This document shows, one piece after another, positions 1 through 10,812 of a DNA stretch of 64,000 nt. The translations under genes and the position numbers were made by a program. Origin of the DNA: Parasitella parasitica NRRL 2501 (Eukaryota > Fungi > Mucoromycota); NCBI GenBank assembly GCA_025201805.1, contig MU619264.1, positions 62,001-126,000 on the forward strand. Reading direction: 5' to 3'. How positions within the stretch are numbered: position 1 is the stretch's first letter; every line of letters begins with the position of its first letter. A model generated the notes under the pieces. That model made no database searches and was not told the DNA's origin. It saw only the letters and a list, made by a program, of their open reading frames with translations.

Positions 1-1288
1 GGCAATTCACGTTCTACTAGCAGGCTTTGCCTTAATAACACCCGTTCTAACAATAACACTTGCGCAAGCTGTGGTGGTATAACCATCGTCGATCTTCTTA
101 TCGTGATTGCGCCAACAACATTGCTAATCGTATGTCTCAAATATGTTTTCATTTTACAATCATAACCGAACTTTTTGTATAAACTAGGGCCTCAACCTGA
201 AACTATGGAAGTAGATTAGCAAAGAGAAACAATCAGCGCTAATGATGCAACAACCAGCAGCCCTGTTCGTTCAAGCTGTGGGCAAGAAGGTCATTTGCGA
301 TCTACCAGTAGATTGCGCGCCAACTCAACGCACCACAATACTCATAACATGGCCAGAAGAGATACAACCTCTTTCACCGAACGCCATGATCTTGGTTGAA
401 TTAACAGCATCTGTCGCCATTGTCAAGCACGCATATGGGCATCAGAGAAGAATGGAGGCACCAGTGCAAGCCCCGATTTCTCTTTGTGCTGTGGCAAGGG
501 AAAGTATGTTGTTGACCCTTTGCCCGAGATGGCCAATTTATTGAGAGGATCAGAGGAAGAAAGCAAGGAGTTTAGGACAAACTTAAGAGCTTGCAACAAT
601 GCTCTGGGGTTCACCTTACTAGGTCGTAATCTTGATTCAACAGTAGCCAATGTACGTGTAGGCGCCTATTCATTTAAAATTCATGGCAGCCTTTATCATA
701 GAATTGGAATCTTGCATCCAGACACCAAAATTTGCTCAAATTTATATCCACGACTCTGGAAATGAGATTCGAAACCGCCACGCTCACAACCAGCATCTTA
801 ACATCACTACCTTGACCAACCTTCAAGCACTTATGCATGTCATAAATTGTTTTGTCCATGACTTCAAGTCAATGGCTCAGTTGATTGCAGATAACCCTAG
901 CTCTGTTCCTGATGTCTCAATGGTATTTAGACCTGAAAGACATTGAATATCTGATTATGTTTTGTGGCAACACAAATTTTATGTTAATACTTGGTACTTC
1001 CAAGTATTGACATACATTTATAAGCTACAATTATCATAGTTTTCACCCTTCCCTTTTCTTTCCCATACACTACCTCTTTGCTTTTAAGCAACATTGAACA
1101 GAATAGACTTTGGTAATAACTAAGCCAATTTACTTTTCTGTTCATATACTAATATCAATAAATAGTTGGTTTTTATTTTATAACAGGTTAAAGCATATTT
1201 GACTTGAACATAGTCCACAAATTAATTAGCATTTATCAAAAGATTGAGCTCCCGAGAGGGTTGTGAGTGAAGCGAGCAAGTCAGCTAG
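1..1288 (+). mobile_element. Helitron, internally deleted/degenerate (N-terminal RepHel fragment plus 3' terminus); 5' end lies outside the window
   Basis: Frameshifted ORFs give RHDLG..CRHCQARIW..E....FSLCCGKGK, 'EFRTNLRACNNALGFT', 'AYSFKIHGSLYHRIG' and 'PKFAQIYIHD', typical of the Helitron RepHel N-terminal region. Zn-knuckle-like CASCGG..HRR and SCGQEGH lie upstream. Coding stops at 946. The 3' end has CCC-GAGA-GGG (1251-1260), GTGAGTGAAGCGAGC and CTAG (1285-1288) followed by T. Confidence 0.85.
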
Positions 1289-1399
1289 TTCACATAAAAG
1301 AGTGGCCTATCTAGAGAGAACCAGAAGCGAGTACTAGGTTTTTGAAGATGCGCTGGATTAATATCTCAAAATCAAAGTATTAGATACAAGTATAAGTAA

Positions 1400-2100
1400 A
1401 ATGGCCATTGATCTAAATTACAATTCAAAAAACGCAAAGATCTGGAGAGAGATTGGAAAGTAAGTATAAATCTCCTGATAATCGACAACAGCTAAGTTTT
1501 ATAGTACTTTTAAATTCGTGAATATAAAAGCTTCTTTAATATTTGAAAAAAGAAAACCAAAGTAGACAAGTACTTTATTAATAAATAAGAGTGCTCTTCA
1601 AGTTAATATAATCACCAAAAGTGAAAAGAAGCGAGCTGCAGTGACCGGAATGAACTGGCGCGGTAAGTAGATCATCAAACTCTACGTTGGTCAAGGTAAA
1701 AGATAATTGAGTGCTAATTACCACTATGAGCAATAGGCCTAAACGGCTATATGTTTGGTGAACAATATTTATTCCTCTGTTCTAATTGGCACTTTGATGA
1801 TACCACTCACCTCAAGTTGGTGAAGGAATCTGAGGACACGCTTGTATTACTTTTAAAATGGATATTATTGACACATTTATGCGATCATTAATGTATATTT
1901 GTAAAATATAGAGCCATCGTATCAATTTGGCTGAACACGTAAATCTGGCCCGATTAAGAGAGCAACTCAATTCAAATTTCGAAGATATTATTGCTAGAGA
2001 TTTAAAAAGACAAGCAAGCGCAACAAATTTCACATACATGTCACCAAAGAGAAGACGAAGCTTAACAGGATCAGCTGAAGATGAAGATGTTAAAGAATAA
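1400..2100 (+). pseudogene. Degraded spliced gene of unknown family
   Basis: Remnant exon ...INKSAL...AAVTGMNWRG, a GTAAGT...TAG intron, then GLNGYMF..(frameshift)..IGTLMIP..EDTLVLLLKW, and a last exon ending ...TYMSPKRRRSLTGSAEDEDVKE* at 2100. Multiple stops and frameshifts. Confidence 0.4.
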
Positions 2101-2177
2101 TTGAGTATGAGAATTACTAACATTGGAAACTATTATCATTGAATCATTAAATATTACTTTTGTCGTTTTCTTAAAGT

Positions 2178-2573
2178 ATATATCTGTTTTGGATTATATT
2201 TGGGTTTTATAGTGCATAATCCATATAATTAGAGTCTTACTGAAGTGCTGTATGGTAGTATGCTGCTCAAAATGGCTACAATATTTACTACAAAATCTGA
2301 GGAAATAATGCGGAAGGGGATTTTGAGCATTATGCCGAAGGCACTGAAGTAGAACTAATGCGCACGAGAAACCAAAACTCTAGTGACGCCCACAACTATG
2401 TAGTTCTTGTTCAATACCTAGAACGAAAAAGACTAGTCTGTAAGACATGCCAACAACTGGGCTTAAAACCTGCTCCTCGGGAATCAAGATATGCATAAAA
2501 CCTTGGCCCTATGTGCAAGAAATGCCATCAGGAGCACTTTTTAAAAGAAATAAATAAGAAAACGCATCTCTAA
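2178..2573 (+). mobile_element. Probable piggyBac-type transposase C-terminal relic
   Basis: Translation H..........KRLVCKTC............RESRYA*NLGPMCKKCHQEH resembles the piggyBac Cys-rich domain with the middle CxxC destroyed. Upstream 'LYLGFIVHNPYN' resembles the conserved ...VxNAY segment. No TIR or TTAA end found. Confidence 0.4.
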
Positions 2574-3572
2574 TCATTTTAAATAAAATTATACAAACAA
2601 GCCGCGCTTATTGAATGTCGTAGCGAATATAAAAAAGGGAACTGCTCCTTGGACTTCCTGTTTGTAATGCAATGTATGTACAAGATTATAGGAAAATAGC
2701 ACGCAAGTTGCCAACATACTCGTTAATTTTAAATCGATCTGATAAATCTGCTTCCTTTTTCAACAGAGCTAAATTGATAAATCAGGAACATGTCATTTTT
2801 TTTATGCAAGTTCACAATTCATGGCTCTTAAGTTAAGTGATAACATGAATAAATTTTGGGCACATGAGCAATTTTACAGATGGAACGTTGCTTGAGAATG
2901 CCAAGGCCTTGAAACATCGGAGCCATGAAGAAGAAAAGAAAAATACTGGGAAAACTGACAAGTGATTATGTTCTGAAAGCTGTTGATTGTAACGAATATA
3001 CATACATATATATATGTGAAGCCATATATAAAAAACTTGGAAGTTCAGTAATACGAATTTTAGGGAATTTGATTATAACAAAAACTTGGCGTTCTTACAT
3101 CAAAATGATGGGTTGCATGCAGACGGCATAAAGTGAATGGGATATTATACATGCCAGAGTATTTTACTTAGCCAGTGTTGCTATGTGTCTATCTCCACTT
3201 TGACTTTGCTAATAGCATTATGAACAATAGAGAACTCTACGTGTCGGGAGAGCCAAATATAAAAATAGAGGTCCCATATATTATTAGAGACGTTGATTAT
3301 TGCGATTTTATGGTTTCATCCGTGCACTTTTTTTCTTTCCCTTCTATCTCACCCCCCTTTGCAAATAAAACACAAAGTGTACCTGAATTTCATCGTTGGG
3401 ACCGAGCAAATTACAGGTCCACCATCAATTTTTTTTTTCTTGTACATAAAATAATGAAAATTTGGGCATTCTAGTTTAGACCACCATATAGTATCAACAA
3501 CTACTGTATACGCAAGCAAACAAATAGACACACACAAACAAATACGTGCAGACATCTTAACACTACCGTTGA

Positions 3573-4331
3573 ATGGATTTGCAAGATTTATCCGACACCA
3601 AGTCCCTTTCCACATTTTCGATAAGATTAAATCCGTCATTTACATTGCACCTGAGCCAGCAAAACAACACACAAAACCATGGCACGACAGTATGGGATTC
3701 AGCCAAAATGTTAGCTTTTTATCTGTTTGATACAATCAAAAAACCGACATTCAAAGATCACAAAGTCCAGAATAACAAGACATGTTTGGAATTAGGTAGC
3801 GGATGTGGATTGGCTGGGCTGGTTATGGCTTCCTTGGGCTTTGAAACGCTCTTAACAGATTTACCTGAAGTGATAGATCGCGTGCTCCAGCCAAACTGCA
3901 CCACAGCGATCGATGATATTACAAACTGGTGGCATCACTTGCAACACACTGCACAATACATTGAATCGCCAAAAATAACAGTGCAGCCGCTCGACTGGCT
4001 AGAACTATGGAATCAGAGGCCACAACAAAAAGAGACAAATCAACCGTTTCATTATATCATTGCTTCTGATTGTATTTATGAAATTGAATTAGTTGAGCCC
4101 CTTTTAAATTGTATTCGACACTATGCTTCTCCCTTGACTGTAATTTTGATTGCAATGGAGAGAAGAGACGATGTGGTTGTCGATAGCTTTATTGACAAGG
4201 CCAGATTATTTGGATTTGAAGCTCGCATGATACTGAAAAAACTGCTTAACAGCAAATCTGTCGGCAACGAAGACGTTGAGATTTGGAAGTTTAAACTTAG
4301 AAAGAATAGAAGCAATAAAGTGTCATATTAA
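3573..4331 (+). CDS. Protein-lysine N-methyltransferase, METTL21/Methyltransf_16 family (single exon)
   Basis: GTTVWDSA, CLELGSGCGLAGL (motif I), LLTDLP, LDW and IIASDCIY motifs. Confidence 0.9.
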   Translation: MDLQDLSDTKSLSTFSIRLNPSFTLHLSQQNNTQNHGTTVWDSAKMLAFYLFDTIKKPTFKDHKVQNNKTCLELGSGCGLAGLVMASLGFETLLTDLPEVIDRVLQPNCTTAIDDITNWWHHLQHTAQYIESPKITVQPLDWLELWNQRPQQKETNQPFHYIIASDCIYEIELVEPLLNCIRHYASPLTVILIAMERRDDVVVDSFIDKARLFGFEARMILKKLLNSKSVGNEDVEIWKFKLRKNRSNKVSY

Positions 4332-4520
4332 ATGACAAAGAAAAGTGTAAATAGTAAACATCATGTGGCCATGTATAAACTTATAAATAAATCTATGCGC
4401 TTAATATATTCTCGTCCTGGACTTTTTGTCAATTACTTTATTAGATTTTTCGTATAAATAGAGGGCCAGTTTGCTCTTTTGCTGTTTTTCTTTTGCAATA
4501 CAGCATATCAATACAAAAAA

Positions 4521-5111
4521 ATGAGATTTTCTACTACAAACACCGTCTCCATGACACATTCAAACTCTACATCCACCTTCAAAAAGGTCATCTCCACTCT
4601 TGTATCCAAATTACCTCACCAGCAAGCCAGTGTAAATACAGTTAAAATTCATCCAATGCCAGCGCCAGCACATCTGCAAAAACACAGCAGCGCAATAACT
4701 AAGCAAGATGACATTTATCGCAATCTGCGAGACTATTACACTGCCCAAAACTCAAGAAAAAGACAACATGAAGAACCACTGGTTTTGAGTGGAAAGGATA
4801 CGGAAAGAGAAATTCGTCACAAGACTGTCAAGCAATACCAACAAACAAAGAACACCAAGAAATCACACCAGCATTGGAAAGAATATTCCAACCCATCCTC
4901 CAACATTGTAAATAAATCTGCACCACCCAAATACAAAACGCATGGTTATGTCAGAGACACAAGATCCAACTCTAATCACTTGCGAATCACTGCTATAACA
5001 AACTCTTGTTCGAGTAGAAACCTTACCACCAATAAGGAAAAGCATTTCATTCCCAAAAGAAAGGACGAGTTCCAATGGGGATCAAAGTCAAAACTCTCTA
5101 ACGCCTTGTAA
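4521..5111 (+). CDS. Hypothetical basic protein (C-terminal RDTRSNSNHLR...PKRKDEFQWG segment)
   Basis: 196-aa ORF from an ATG at 4521 in an A-rich context, with TATAAATA ~65 bp upstream. No recognisable domain. Confidence 0.7.
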   Translation: MRFSTTNTVSMTHSNSTSTFKKVISTLVSKLPHQQASVNTVKIHPMPAPAHLQKHSSAITKQDDIYRNLRDYYTAQNSRKRQHEEPLVLSGKDTEREIRHKTVKQYQQTKNTKKSHQHWKEYSNPSSNIVNKSAPPKYKTHGYVRDTRSNSNHLRITAITNSCSSRNLTTNKEKHFIPKRKDEFQWGSKSKLSNAL

Positions 5112-5120
5112 ATAACACTC

Positions 5121-6327
5121 TTATATGCCCTTTTCTCCTTTATTTGTCAAACGAATTAGATCACCCATTGCAGTTGCAAACCTTATGTATACGTCGAATC
5201 ATTACTTTTTATGCCCCCCTTTTTCGTTCATTTTTTTTCTTACCTTTCCACTCTACCACTGCCAATCAAATCATGCATCAAGAATTCCATACCAAAACTT
5301 GATTTATTCAACTTTTTTTGTTTAAGCAGCTATATAAACAATTAATTTGTACATTATGAGCATTTCATCATACACCTATATCATAATAGGATATGGTATG
5401 TGCGTGTAGTAAATAATAATAAAAAAAGACATACCTTACCTTTTCCATAATATCTTTTGTGCTTCTTCTCTTTAAAATGCGCAAAATTTGTAGTCTGCCA
5501 TTAGATAAACTAGACATAAACGATCCTTGATTATGCACTGAAAACCAAAAAACACCCATTTGAATGTGATGAGGGATCAGCAAACCTGAAGCAACAAGCT
5601 GTCTGTTATGATCGTCAGTTTTATTGTGTTTGTACCGAGTTCTGTGATATGCTTACGAAATATTCTGCTCACTAAAATGACATGATTCAACGAGCGTTTC
5701 TTTGGTGATAGATACTTGGTTATACCCTGAGTCATGCATTATTGCATGCTTAAACTTGTCTACACATTTTAAGATGTTTCAGAACGGACATAGCAACACA
5801 TAGTCTCATTCGATCACTCACCGTATATGCTGACATCTCCTTCTATAGCACATTTTTGCTTGGCATGATCAATCATATTACAGTAATCCAAAGTTTTCAT
5901 GAGAATATACTCATCGTCCAGAGCTCCTATGATGTGGAACTTTCTCCAACTACCATCGACAAAAGCTTTTTGCTACAAATTGGTGTGAAAAAAAAAAAAA
6001 AAAAAAAAAAAAAGCTCAATCAGTTACCAATTCTCTGTCTGTCAGTGTATTACGATTCGGTAGAATGCTATAAATTTGGTGAATAAAGCAAGCAGGTATC
6101 GTTGATTTCGGATTGATTTTTATCAAGTAATTTGCTGCTGCGATGGCGTCTGAATCCAACATTTGATCATCGCCTTCAAAAAACTCATCGTCTTGGTCAT
6201 CTGCAAAGTTTTTTTTTGCAACGGGTGGTCTTTTGTGATGCCCATAGACGTCTGGCTTTATTATCTTTCCCTGCTGAATATTGTACAGTTTCTGTTCTGC
6301 TTGGATTCGTTTCTTTCTGGCATTCAT
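5121..6327 (-). CDS. STK19: STK19 homolog (winged-helix protein, transcription-coupled repair factor in animals), 6 coding exons
   Basis: Hand-spliced GT-AG exons give HQIYSILPNRNTLTDREL / WRKFHIIGALDDEYILMKTLDY / FSEQNISQLVASGLL..FWFSVHNQGSFMSSLSNGRLQILRILKRR / GMEFLMHDLIGSGRVERFATAMGDLIRLT, collinear with STK19 motifs. Confidence 0.8.
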
Positions 6328-6764
6328 ATCTAGGAAAAAGAAAAGAAAAATGATTTACTACGCAGGCATTTATTTGAAATCGCGCGGCAGTTGCAACTTA
6401 TACATGGACAATGACAATAGATTATCTCATGCGTTGCATGCAGAGACCCACCATATGTGAAAGATATATAATATATCATCAATATGAAAATAAGGTCAAT
6501 GCAATCACGGAACATGGCATGGGATGGATACAATAAATCACATCTATAAATCTCATCACTTTACAACTTTCCTCGATTCGAGTAGTACGTAAACCCTTTC
6601 ATATTGTGAATGTACTGTAATAAGCAGTTTGGGTTAACTGATTAATTTCGTAACGCAAACATCACAACCATTGGATGTTTCAAGTGTGAGAAGATGTTAG
6701 TCACGAGCGGATTAATGAATAGACAAACAAACACTCATTTTCTTTTACATCATCTTTGGAAAAC

Positions 6765-7562
6765 ATGGCTACAACACTCCCATTCATATCTAAGGCTGTT
6801 TCAACAAATACTGACATCAAAAGTGTCTGTGTCTTCTGCGGCTCTGGCTCCGGTAATGATCCTCTTTATGAACAAGAGGCATATGGTATTGTATACTGTG
6901 TAGCACAATCTTATGTTTTGTATAAACAAGCTAACTATGTATTACATGCATCTGTGTGTATTCTAGAGCTTGGAAAAGTGTTTGCAGTAAATAACATTCG
7001 TTTGGTTTACGGTGGTGGATCTGTAGGCCTGATGGGTGCCGTTGCAAAGGGAACAATCGAGAACGGAGGCAAGGCAATTGGTATTGTACCTGAACCTCTT
7101 TATCGACATGGGAGTAAACAACTTTGCGAGACTGTCATTGTTCCTGACATGCATGCTCGTAAAAAGCGCATGGAAAAGGAATGCGATGCCTTTGTTTGCT
7201 TGCCAGGCGGGTATGGCACCATGGAAGAAATGTTGGAAATGATTACTTGGTCTCAATTAAACATTCATTCGAAGCCAATCTTACTGCTCGATACCAAGAG
7301 TTACTATAAACTATTTGTTGATTGGATTACGCTTTCAGTACAAGGTTTGTACAAATTTGCATGATAGGTAGTAAATGATCGAATACATTATATTAATCAT
7401 TTCTAAAATATGCTAGAGAAATTTATCCATGCGGGAAGTGCCAATATATTTGTATTGTGTGAGACATCCAAAGACGTTGTCGAAACATTAAAAGCTTATA
7501 CAGCACCAGACACACGTTTCGGCCTCGACTGGACAAAGAGCGAGAGAGAAACGCTAGTTTAG
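6765..7562 (+). CDS. LOG1: LOG family cytokinin riboside 5'-monophosphate phosphoribohydrolase, 3 exons
   Basis: VCVFCGS, LVYGGGSVGLMG, MHARKKRM, LPGGYGTMEE and TWSQLNIHSKP motifs. Confidence 0.92.
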
Positions 7563-7913
7563 AGCTTCCATCTAGATCCTAATTTAAAATCAATTACTTT
7601 GTATTAATTCTAGATATAAATAATAATAACAAATCTTGAAACTCATTACAAGTTCAATTACTTTTTTTCAAACATTCTGCCTAAAAAATATCAAAACATT
7701 GCATCGTAAGTTCAACCACTAGATATCTAAGTCTCGACTGTTATGTAAGAGAATGTCAATAATAGACATGTTCACTAATATATGATGCAGCTATTTAACA
7801 GATTAAATAAATATGGCTGTAATATCTCGTTTATCAATTCATCTTCAAACAAATGTAGACCACGTGAATCCATTTCAGACTCCGAAAGCCAAAATCCGAA
7901 ACTGTTTTTGTAG

Positions 7914-7980
7914 ATAACTTTGGATAGACACAGTGCCCAGTGGAAATCAAGTTATGCTCAGATAGCGATGATCATGTCTG
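7914..7980. repeat. Dispersed repeat, copy 1 (probable non-autonomous DNA transposon fragment)
   Basis: Ungapped 53/67 identity (hand count) to 28580-28646, same orientation. Confidence 0.75.
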
Positions 7981-8706
7981 TTTTCAAAAAGCAAAAAACA
8001 GGCTTTATGTTGCTCTTTATAGTAGCCTATCAGTGTTTATATGCTATTTTCGTATGGCTTTAGCAGATAACTTTCTCTACTTCAACAAAACATCAGACAA
8101 AAGTTTTTCTTAAATAGCACCATGTCAGCGCTAACTTTTCCAAATTAGATCTCGGTTCAATAAATATATTAAATGATCATAAACATTAGCAGATCCAAAA
8201 AAAAAAAGGCTAAGTGATAGTATTATATATAATAATATATATCAACTGTTATTGTTACTTTGACATCTACCAGTTTAGGTTCTTTTATAATAACACCAGC
8301 AATGATGAAACATATTAATAACAGATGTTCAGTCTGAAATAATTGTAGTAAACCCGGATTACTAATTTGATATTAAACTCGTAGATGTACTGTAGCAGTG
8401 TATATAAATTATGAAAATTGTATGAAAATAGCAATGTATACAGAAATCTCTCAAGCAAACAAGTATTTGATATTTAGGTATTTCGAACGACAAATCAACG
8501 ATAATCTTTGAGCTTTTAGGAATAAGTAGGAGTTACGAATCTATATAAACTTGGTTCGATTTTTTAGAGTAGGCGTTAAAGCAAGATCAGCTTTGAACAA
8601 AAAAAAAAAAATGGGTTTGATATGGAAATCATTTTTGCTCCTGCCATCCAATAGTAAAAAATCAGGTGTTAGCATGATAAAATTGCAATCAATGTCTTTT
8701 ACCTCG

Positions 8707-8737
<31 letters not shown>

Positions 8738-9028
8738 GTTAGCTAGTTAAACAACTTCGAAATGTCTCAAAGGTTTCAATTGATATACATTTAATATTTC
8801 ACAACTAAACAATGATATTTTAGCAATACCTCCACTCAAACATATCGAAACGTAAAACATTTTATTCTTTATATTTTGCGTGTCGCTTCAAGGTTAGCGA
8901 CGATGCGTGATTTTATGGATGCAGTTTAAACATTTCTGAATAAGCGGGGTTTTCCACCCGGGACCTACTACGCCTGCTGTTCATAAACAGACGCTTTTCT
9001 CTTTTCCTCCTCGAACTACTGCGCTTAC

Positions 9029-10379
9029 ATGGGAGTTCATGGGCTGACAGCAATTTTAAAGCGATACGCACCCAAATCTGTGCGCACAGTGAGCTGCAAT
9101 GCATTCTCTCAACAAACAATAGCCATTGATGCCAGTTGCCATCTGAACAAATTTATCTATGGGATTGAAGGACATCCACACCCCCATCTATACGGATTTT
9201 ATCAACTAGCCAGATTCTGCAGCTTGAATAAAATCACGCCATTGTTCGTATTTGACGGGCCACATCGATTAGACGCAAAAAAGCTTGAGCATGCTAAGCG
9301 AGCACGATCGCGATTAAAAGTGAAGCACTCTTTACGATTTGAAAAGGAACAATCAGTTCGATTGGACAGTTGGTCACAAGTATCAGATCAATACAATCAA
9401 GCATACATGGCAAAAGAGTTACTCGAGATAAAAGAGGGCGCTATGGCAACGGATAATAAATCTCTAAAGCAAGAATTGCGAGCAAGGACCTTGGCGATCG
9501 CTCAGGAGCTCAAAGAGGCAATTATCATGGCAGAAGATACCGAGAAATACACCAGAACAGTGCGAGCTATGGCGAATAAAGAAAAAGACGCTATGCTGGA
9601 TGCTGCCACAAGTGAGTTTAAAGACGATAAATCAGCCTTATATGAACTGCAAAAAGAAAATGAGGATATGGTATCATCATTAGGTAAGCAAGCAGTTTTA
9701 TCTTGAATATAGACCTTTCATTGATTTTTATTTTACAAGAGAAAAGATCATTTAGAATTACCCAAGGCTTAAGAGATCAATGCCAAGAGTTTTTGACAGC
9801 ATTTGGGTATGTTTGTCTTTCATGCGACCATCATGAAGCTGAGGCCATGTGTGCCAGTCTCGCCCATTCTGGGAGAGTAGTTGCGACTGTGTCAGAAGGT
9901 ATTATCAGTGAGGTTATCGTTTTTTTTTTTTTTTTNNNNNNNNNNNNNNNNNNNNTTCGGGAGTGGAGCCGCTGTAAAAACTGGTGTTTTTTTTTTTTTT
10001 TGTTTTTGTTTTTTTTTCATGTGCTAAGGTGTTAGCGTACGTAGATTTAGATACCATTGCTTTTGGTGATGTACCCATGCTCCGTCATTTCTTTGCAAGA
10101 GCTCGGCCCATCGTTTTGATCGATCCACTTATAGCACGGCGAGATCTCGGCCTATCCAGAAAATCGTTTATTGATTTATGCATCTTGTGTGGTACAGATT
10201 TTTCTGGCACTATACGGGGAATGGGTCCACACAGGGCACTTGAAGCTATTCAAAAATACGGCTTAATTGAACAGGTGCTTGCTAATTTGAACCCTAACCA
10301 TGTTCCGCAAGACACATTTGATTATTCACTGGCAAGACACGTAAGTCAATTTGACGGCAGTTTGCACATTCTTAAACTT

Positions 10380-10418
<39 letters not shown>

Positions 10419-10669
10419 AACAGGTGTTTAGTGATCTTCCAAGTATACCCACAGATGATAAATCTTATGAGCCTCCAGCGACTAATGAAAAAGCTCAAGC
10501 CAATATGCTGCGACTGTACGAAATCAACCCCGTTGAAGCTGATTTAAGAGTGAAGGAAACCATACTGCAACAGAGCATAATCAATGCGCAGAACTGGGGG
10601 ATTAACCCATTTTCATCTTCGTTTGCAGAAAATATAACTGTTGACCCAAAGTTATTACATCTTGCTTGA
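9029..10669 (+). CDS. FEN1/XPG (Rad2) family 5' nuclease, 4 exons
   Basis: MGVHGL, IAIDAS, FVFDG, EAEAMCA, SE|DLDT, DLCILCGTDF and GMGPHRAL..IQKYG (H3TH). An assembly gap lies inside intron 2. Confidence 0.9.
9936..9955. other. Assembly gap (others at 15718-15727 and 40188-40202), each next to a homopolymer run
   Basis: Runs of N. Confidence 0.99.
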
Positions 10670-10812
10670 TTGGTGAGGTGCTCATCAAATTAATTTATTT
10701 TATTATGAATATTTCGATACAAGAATAAAGTAAGGATACATAGAAAAAAAAAAAAAAAGAGTAAAAGGGGTGGCATTCATATTTATATATATAATAGCAT
10801 ATTATTGTGGTT

